Shown: in pieces, positions 58,043-64,000 of the stretch | Position numbering within the stretch: the stretch's first letter is position 1 | How the letters are laid out: every line of letters begins with the position of its first letter | DNA from: an uncultured Roseburia sp. | Lineage (GTDB): Bacteria; Bacillota; Clostridia; Lachnospirales; Lachnospiraceae | Assembly: GCA_964390485.1 (NCBI GenBank) | Contig: CAYMIS010000003.1 | Coordinates: 1,259 to 65,258, forward strand | Direction: 5' to 3' | Length of the DNA: 64,000 nucleotides | The notes under the pieces: model-generated | Told to the model about the DNA's origin: nothing | The model's input: only the letters and a program-made list of their open reading frames with translations | Database searches by the model: none | Program-made: the position numbers and the translations under genes

Positions 58043-59785
58043 CTATTCTGCTCCTTCCTGTGTATTTTCTGTTTCTGATGCACTTTCTTCTGTATCCGAT
58101 GGCATCTCTGTATTTATTGGCACTTCCTCTGTTTCTGCCGACACATCTGTTGCTTCTGTTGCCGGTTCTACATAATCTGCTAATACGGAGAACTGCCAGA
58201 TAGTATTTCCAGAGGCATTTTCATTTTCTGCCATAGACGGAATTGTAATATTACTTAAAAATGGAATCTCAGAGAAATTCATTATCATCTGTGCCGCTGT
58301 CAGCTTCTGGTCGCAGGTTACATTTAAAGTAATGCTGCTCTCTACTATCGTCATACTCTGTATGGTCATGGAGGTTGGAAGTTCATTTTCCAATACTTCC
58401 ATTAACTCCCCTAGTTTTTCGTTCTTTGTCTTTGTAATTTCATCAAAGGCTGCATATTGAGCTGCGGTTGTCCGGGCAGTCTCATTGGCTTCATAAATAC
58501 CCTGAATATAAGAAAGTTCTTCAATCCGCTGTTCTAAACGTTTCTGCTCCGAAACCGCAAGAAACTTACGAATTGTTCCTGTGAGTGCCAGTACAACACT
58601 AATTAACAGTGCCCCCGCAAGAATTACATAGGCAGATTGTAAATTATTTTTCTTATCCTGCTGCTCTTTTAGTTCCTTTGGCTTAATATCAATCGGATGG
58701 ATTGCTGCACCTATTACTGACATATAGCTGACAGGCTGGGAGGAGAGACTATGTACTGTTCCCACGCTGCTCTTGCTAAAATGTACAAGCAAAGCATAAT
58801 CTAACTGCTCCAGCTGCAGCGGAATTTCTGTCATAAACATCTTATGGATTCCGGCAAAACGGACACCATCTCCCATCAAATGTAATTTTCCCTGAAACTC
58901 TCCCTTAGACTGATTTTTATAATAATCTAAGGCTGTATAAACCACACGGATATGATAGCTTAAGGCATCCTTAATATCTGCATAAGCTTCTTCTAACAAT
59001 TCCTGACGTTTTTCAAGGTCTTCGATTCCTGTTTCCGTAAATTCCTCTGCCTTAGGCTTCTCATTTAAAACATCATGGGTTCTTAAGAAATCAAATGCTT
59101 CATATTCATCCTTTGCCCCTAACATTGGATGGTCTAATACCGCTGCAAGAGAGGTGCCATAACCGTAAGGTGCAATACGCTGAAATTCTAATTTCTTATT
59201 CGAAACCATACTGATAATTGTTGCCTGTTCCTCAAGCTGTACAATTACTGCATTCTCTGAGAAATGGCTGTTCATAAAGGATAACGCACTGTTTCCGATA
59301 TATTCAAAGGTTTCAATATTCAATCCTGCATTTTCCGCAAAAGAACAATAGTTGCTTAACAGATTATCCGGCACTGCAACCAAAAGCAGTTTTAAGGATT
59401 TTCCGTTTTCCTCTACCACGTCCATATTACGGAAGGAAATTGTATAATTTGACACATCCATTGGGAAATATTCTCTTGCCTGTGCCTCAACAATTCCTGC
59501 AATCTGTTTTTCTTTTACATAAGGAATTGTAATCTCTCTTGTGATTACTTTTGATGAATTAATGGAAAAAATTACATTCTTTTCCGTAATCTGATGCTTC
59601 GCCAGTTCAGCCATTAAGGTAGCAGCAAAGCTTTCCTTGTCTCTGATATAACCATCTTCAATGGCATGCTCCGGTGTACGGAAAGAAAAGGCTTCATATA
59701 CCTGCGGTGCCTTTTTATTTTTCTCTACCACTGCAACCTTTGTCCACCAGATTCCTGTTTCAATACTAATGACCTTTTTTGACAT
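58043..59785 (-). CDS. pilM: PilM-PilN fusion pilus assembly protein
   Basis: Actin-like PilM region (ISIETG, DGYIRD, ITREITIP, YFPMD, LMGDG), then TM, coiled coil and PilN-like region. Confidence 0.8.
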   Translation of the reverse strand: MSKKVISIETGIWWTKVAVVEKNKKAPQVYEAFSFRTPEHAIEDGYIRDKESFAATLMAELAKHQITEKNVIFSINSSKVITREITIPYVKEKQIAGIVEAQAREYFPMDVSNYTISFRNMDVVEENGKSLKLLLVAVPDNLLSNYCSFAENAGLNIETFEYIGNSALSFMNSHFSENAVIVQLEEQATIISMVSNKKLEFQRIAPYGYGTSLAAVLDHPMLGAKDEYEAFDFLRTHDVLNEKPKAEEFTETGIEDLEKRQELLEEAYADIKDALSYHIRVVYTALDYYKNQSKGEFQGKLHLMGDGVRFAGIHKMFMTEIPLQLEQLDYALLVHFSKSSVGTVHSLSSQPVSYMSVIGAAIHPIDIKPKELKEQQDKKNNLQSAYVILAGALLISVVLALTGTIRKFLAVSEQKRLEQRIEELSYIQGIYEANETARTTAAQYAAFDEITKTKNEKLGELMEVLENELPTSMTIQSMTIVESSITLNVTCDQKLTAAQMIMNFSEIPFLSNITIPSMAENENASGNTIWQFSVLADYVEPATEATDVSAETEEVPINTEMPSDTEESASETENTQEGAE

Positions 59786-59893
59786 CTGTCTTCTCCTTAT
59801 AATAAGTATCTACATGCTTTCTCATTCCAAAAAACTGACACTTTTACTTATGTTTTTAAGCTTACATTTAAAGCTTTCTCGAATCAGAAAGCA

Positions 59894-60658
59894 TTACATA
59901 ATTCCTAAACATCCAAGATACCACTCTATCATTCTGTTGCCCCAGAGTGCTGTAATAAATATTCCTGCTGACAAATAAGGGCCCATCGCCAGCATATGCT
60001 CTGCTTTCGTCAGTCTGATTCTCAAAATATGAATCACTGAACCAATAATACATCCCAGAAAAAAAGCAAGCAGGATACATTTCCAGCCTATGATAAGACC
60101 CGCTGCACCCATCAGCTTAATATCACCGCCGCCAATTGCTTTTCCATCGGATAAAATATATAAAAGGTAAAGCGGCAGACTTACCGCCACCGCACCAATC
60201 AGATGCTCCTTCAAATTAGAGGCATCCAAAATACACATGATAATTCCAAGCCCTGCCAGAAAAATATTTAAGCAGACCGGAATCTCAAAGGTTCTTTCAT
60301 CAATCACTGTTATTACTATTAAGGCAGATGACATGAGACAATAGATAATACTGCTAGCATTACTACCGTTTGCCATGAAAACGATAACATATAAGATGCC
60401 ATTTAGCATTTCAATAAGTGGATACTGCCATGATACTTTTGCTCCACAATAACGGCATCTGCCCTTTAGCAATAAATAAGAAAATACCGGAAACAAATCA
60501 TACCAGCGAAGTCTGCTGCCACAGCTCATACAATGAGAACTTGGTAATATGCTCTCTTTTGCCGGAATACGATAAATGCAGACATTTAAAAAGCTGCCAA
60601 TTACGATTCCGTATAAAAATATGATGCTATAGAGTAATATGGTGATGACTGCTGGCAT
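59894..60658 (-). CDS. pilD: Prepilin peptidase (A24A)
   Basis: GSFLNVCIYRIP, SHCMSC, GRCRYC, VIDER, GGGDIKL, GPYL. Confidence 0.94.
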   Translation of the reverse strand: MPAVITILLYSIIFLYGIVIGSFLNVCIYRIPAKESILPSSHCMSCGSRLRWYDLFPVFSYLLLKGRCRYCGAKVSWQYPLIEMLNGILYVIVFMANGSNASSIIYCLMSSALIVITVIDERTFEIPVCLNIFLAGLGIIMCILDASNLKEHLIGAVAVSLPLYLLYILSDGKAIGGGDIKLMGAAGLIIGWKCILLAFFLGCIIGSVIHILRIRLTKAEHMLAMGPYLSAGIFITALWGNRMIEWYLGCLGIM

Positions 60659-60691
60659 GGTGTCTCCTTTTTTATTGGTTTGGTTGATTTC

Positions 60692-60734
60692 TGCCCGAAG
60701 AGTTTGCGTTTTAAGTTTGATAACTCTTCGAGCA
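60692..60734 (-). other. Stem-loop directly after the major pilin gene (mRNA-stabilising or partial terminator)
   Basis: tgcccgaagagtt/aactcttcgagca; no T-tract on the minus strand. Confidence 0.5.
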
Positions 60735-60751
60735 AAATTGATTTGCGTATC

Positions 60752-61219
60752 TTATAAATCAGATACTACTGGGTCTAATGTTGAGCCTGTTGCTGTAGCT
60801 GTAACTGTTTTGTTATCAAGGTCTATTTCAATTGTAACTTCTGTTGTGCTTTTACCTGTATCAGAACCCATTTTACCTGTTAAAGCTCCAATTGTACTGT
60901 ATCCTACTAACTCCTGAATTTCTGGCTGTAATAATAACGCATCAGCATCTGTGTTAGTACCATATACTAAAACAGTAATTGTACCAGAAGTAGCTGTAAT
61001 ATCAGCAACATTTGAAGAATATGCTGTTACAGCTGCTGTAGAGTAGCTGTTAAGTAACTGAATATCTTTTGCTTCTTTAGATTTGTTTAAGTATGGAATA
61101 ACCTGTGTACCTACAATACCTACTAAGATTGCCATAATAGCAATTACGATGATTAATTCTACTAATGAGAATCCTTTGTTATCTGCTTTTTTCTGTTTCA
61201 TTTTTTCGATGAATTTCAT
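60752..61219 (-). CDS. Probable major type IV pilin
   Basis: NKG|FSLVELIIVIAIMAIL; A/T-ending codon bias like the highly expressed ara genes; downstream hairpin. Confidence 0.88.
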   Translation of the reverse strand: MKFIEKMKQKKADNKGFSLVELIIVIAIMAILVGIVGTQVIPYLNKSKEAKDIQLLNSYSTAAVTAYSSNVADITATSGTITVLVYGTNTDADALLLQPEIQELVGYSTIGALTGKMGSDTGKSTTEVTIEIDLDNKTVTATATGSTLDPVVSDL

Positions 61220-61295
61220 TTTTCTCTCTCTCCTTTTGTACATTAAATATCATTTTTATCTATTATCAAGCGGTTCATGGCAACCGGCCGATAAA

Positions 61296-62507
61296 CTAAA
61301 TAGAATTGTAAAGGCTGAACATTGGCATCATGACTGCTAATACAATTGGAATTACCACTAATGCCATTATGATAATAATCAAAGGCTCCATTGCCGCAAG
61401 CAATGCTCCTGTTGCCATCTCAACCTCTTCATCATAATAATCTGCGATTTTATCCAGCATGTCTTCCATATTTCCGGTTTCTTCGCCGATTTTTATCATA
61501 TGGTATACCATTGGCGGAAATACACCGCTGTCTGCTAATGGTACGGATAATGGAATACCCTGGGTCACATCCTTTTCTGCCCTTTTTAATACCTGCTTTA
61601 CAATTTCATTCGACATAATGCGTTCCACAATTACAATGGCATCCACTAATGAGATACCGGAAGCTGTCAGCGTACTTAAGGTTCTTGCTAATCTTGCACT
61701 GGCAGATTTAATCGTAAGATTTCCTACCAATGGAAAATGCAGTCCCAGCTTTCCGAAAAGAATTGCGCCACGTTCTGTCTTTTTAAATTCCTTAATAAAG
61801 AATGCAAGCAGAACGACTACCGCCACAATGTAATACCAGCTATGTACCAAGGCATCACTAATTGCCATAACAGCTACTGTGATTCCCGGTAATTCTGCAT
61901 CAATTTCATCAAAGGTTGCAGTAAAGGTTGGTACAATTTTTATCATCATTACTGCAACAACTACAATAATTACAAGAATTAAAATAATTGGATAAATTAA
62001 AGATTTTGTAACTAATCCCCTTAAATGGGCATCCTTTTCAAAGTGTTTTCCTACCCGGTCAAATGCCACATCCAATCCACCGGAGGCTTCCCCGGCTGCC
62101 ACCATATGTATCATAATATCCGGAAATACTTTTTTATGATGTGCCATCGCATCCGCTAAGGTTTCACCCTTTTTTACCGCATCCCTGACATCTTCAATTG
62201 CATGCCGAAAGGTTTTATTTTCTGTCTGTTCTGCCAACATATCCAAGGCATCAATTACCGTAACTCCGGCATTTAAAATGCTCTGAAACTGTCTACAGAA
62301 TACACTTAATTCTCTTGGCTTTACAGCACTTCCGAAATGTATTTCAATATCCTTATTTAAGATATTCGCCAGTTCTAAGGACACGACAAAATTGCCGCCT
62401 GCCCGAAGTTCTGCATTTGCAGCCTCTTTATCAGCAGCTTCTATCGTTCCTTTTTTTCGCTTTCCGTCGGCCTGTATAATCTCATATTTATAGCTTGCCA
62501 TGCTCAT
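61296..62507 (-). CDS. pilC: Type IV pilus platform protein PilC (GspF family)
   Basis: FCRQFQSILNAGV, AGEASGGL, IYP, IGEETGNM, MEP. Confidence 0.93.
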   Translation of the reverse strand: MSMASYKYEIIQADGKRKKGTIEAADKEAANAELRAGGNFVVSLELANILNKDIEIHFGSAVKPRELSVFCRQFQSILNAGVTVIDALDMLAEQTENKTFRHAIEDVRDAVKKGETLADAMAHHKKVFPDIMIHMVAAGEASGGLDVAFDRVGKHFEKDAHLRGLVTKSLIYPIILILVIIVVVAVMMIKIVPTFTATFDEIDAELPGITVAVMAISDALVHSWYYIVAVVVLLAFFIKEFKKTERGAILFGKLGLHFPLVGNLTIKSASARLARTLSTLTASGISLVDAIVIVERIMSNEIVKQVLKRAEKDVTQGIPLSVPLADSGVFPPMVYHMIKIGEETGNMEDMLDKIADYYDEEVEMATGALLAAMEPLIIIIMALVVIPIVLAVMMPMFSLYNSI

Positions 62508-62585
62508 TTCCTCTCTGTTTTCCGGTCTCTTTCTTTATCCCTGCCAAAATTACCGGAATAGTACTTCTCTTTTCCTTCTCAAATC

Positions 62586-63647
62586 TTAGTACAATTTTTC
62601 CTGCATTGCATAGGAATCCTGGGCATATTCCACAGCCTTTGCACCATCTATCTTATGCTTTAAGTATAAATCAAATAAGGCATCATCCATCGTCTGCATT
62701 CCCAGCTTTTTACTGGTCTGAATCATGGATTCTATCTGATGGGTTTTTCCTTCACGAATCAGATTTTTAATCGCCATGGAACCATGCATTACCTCAAAGG
62801 CTGCCACCCTTCCTTTTCCATCACTTGTCGGCAGTAGCTGCTGTGAAATAACACATTCTAATACAGAGGCTAACTGCACCCTTACCTGAGTCTGCTGGTG
62901 TGGTGGAAATACATCGATAATACGGTCAATCGTTGCCGCAGCACCAATCGTATGCAAAGTGGAAAATACAAGATGTCCTGTCTCTGCTGCTGTAATTGCA
63001 GTAGAAATCGTATCTAAATCTCGCATTTCACCTACCAGTACAATATCCGGGTCTTCTCGAAGGGCTGCCCTTAAAGCATTCGCATAGGACATGGTATCAA
63101 GGCCGATTTCACGCTGGTTTACGATGGCTTTCTTATGGTTATGTAAATACTCAATCGGGTCTTCTAACGTAATAATATGAACATTCTGGTCATTATTAAT
63201 AATGTCAATCAGGGAAGCTAAGGTCGTAGATTTACCACTTCCGGTTGGTCCTGTTACCAGAACAAGTCCTCTTTTTTTCTTGGTCAGTTCTAATACTGAC
63301 GCCGGCACACCAAGACTCTCCGCTGCCGGAATCTGGGTTCCCACTAGTCTTAATACTGCAGCATAGGAACCACGCTGTTTAAAAGCATTCACTCGGAAGC
63401 GTCCTAATTCAGGAATGGAATAGGCAAAATCCACCTCTCCCCGTTCCTCTATTGTTTTTGCCTGATGAGGGCTAAACATAGAAGCTACCAGTTCCTTTGC
63501 CATTTCCGGAGAAAGACGGTCAAACTCTTCCATTTCCCGTAAAATTCCATGGTCTCTGCACTTTGGACGGATTCCTACCGTAATATGTAAATCGGAAGCA
63601 CCACGCTTTGCTGCTGCCGCTAATAAATTTTTTATTGTTGTCTCCAT
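62586..63647 (-). CDS. pilT: Type IV pilus retraction ATPase
   Basis: ASDLH, GPTGSGKSTT, TLEDPIE, LREDPD..LVGEMRD, STLHT, AIKNLIRE. Confidence 0.95.
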   Translation of the reverse strand: METTIKNLLAAAAKRGASDLHITVGIRPKCRDHGILREMEEFDRLSPEMAKELVASMFSPHQAKTIEERGEVDFAYSIPELGRFRVNAFKQRGSYAAVLRLVGTQIPAAESLGVPASVLELTKKKRGLVLVTGPTGSGKSTTLASLIDIINNDQNVHIITLEDPIEYLHNHKKAIVNQREIGLDTMSYANALRAALREDPDIVLVGEMRDLDTISTAITAAETGHLVFSTLHTIGAAATIDRIIDVFPPHQQTQVRVQLASVLECVISQQLLPTSDGKGRVAAFEVMHGSMAIKNLIREGKTHQIESMIQTSKKLGMQTMDDALFDLYLKHKIDGAKAVEYAQDSYAMQEKLY

Positions 63648-63692
63648 CTTTTCCCTTTCTCACAAAGCAATCTGTAGTCACGCCTGTCCGGC

Positions 63693-64000
63693 TTAATCTT
63701 CATCGTAGGTAATACGTTTTACTTCCTCGATAGTAGTAATTCCTTTTAACACGTAATCAATCGCTGCCATTCGCAGGGTTTTCATGCCTTCTTCTAACGC
63801 AATCTTTTCTATATTATCTGCAGTTTCACCCTTGCTGATAGCCTTTCTTAAAGCCGGTGTAATTGGCATAATTTCATAAACACCCACACGGCCAAAATAC
63901 CCGGTTCCGCCACATTTCAAACAGTCTTTATGGCCAGTCTGCTTGATGATTAATCGTCCCGGTGTATTTGCTTTTCCAAGTAATTCTTTTTCAAACTCAT
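63693..64000 (-). CDS. pilB: Type IV pilus assembly ATPase, 3' end (runs off the window)
   Basis: CLKCGGTGYFGRVGVYE...GMKTL...GITTIEEV. Confidence 0.9.
   Translation of the reverse strand, partial: EFEKELLGKANTPGRLIIKQTGHKDCLKCGGTGYFGRVGVYEIMPITPALRKAISKGETADNIEKIALEEGMKTLRMAAIDYVLKGITTIEEVKRITYDED

Overview
Chromosomal window from a low-GC Firmicute, most likely Lachnospiraceae judging by gene content (inference). Almost all genes are on the minus strand. From left to right: (1) an L-arabinose/pentose-phosphate cluster (YesN-type regulator, sugar-binding lipoprotein, YesM-type kinase, galM, araD, split transketolase, transaldolase, araA, FGGY kinase, GH27, AraR); (2) a polar amino-acid ABC transporter, an M14 cell-wall peptidase, TetR, RNase HI, YdcF and a four-subunit 2-oxoacid:ferredoxin oxidoreductase; (3) a 15-kb chemosensory/phosphorelay cluster with no adjacent flagellar genes; (4) a yitJ-like gene, asnA and a Zn-finger/DUF5685/J-domain trio; (5) a type IV pilus locus ending in a 1500-aa DUF5057-like protein. 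I saw no rRNA, tRNA, CRISPR array or transposase. Most notable unexplained signals: two homologous ~220-nt hairpins in inverted orientation with compensatory base changes between transaldolase and transketolase; a 27-bp CGTC-tagged palindromic repeat family at three loci; a circularly permuted family-3 solute-binding protein; a 13-codon leader ORF plus terminator in front of the chemosensory cluster; a kinase-receiver-DegV fusion; and two apparently exact 410/459-bp tandem duplications that may be assembly artefacts. All family assignments come from motif recognition by eye, not database searches.
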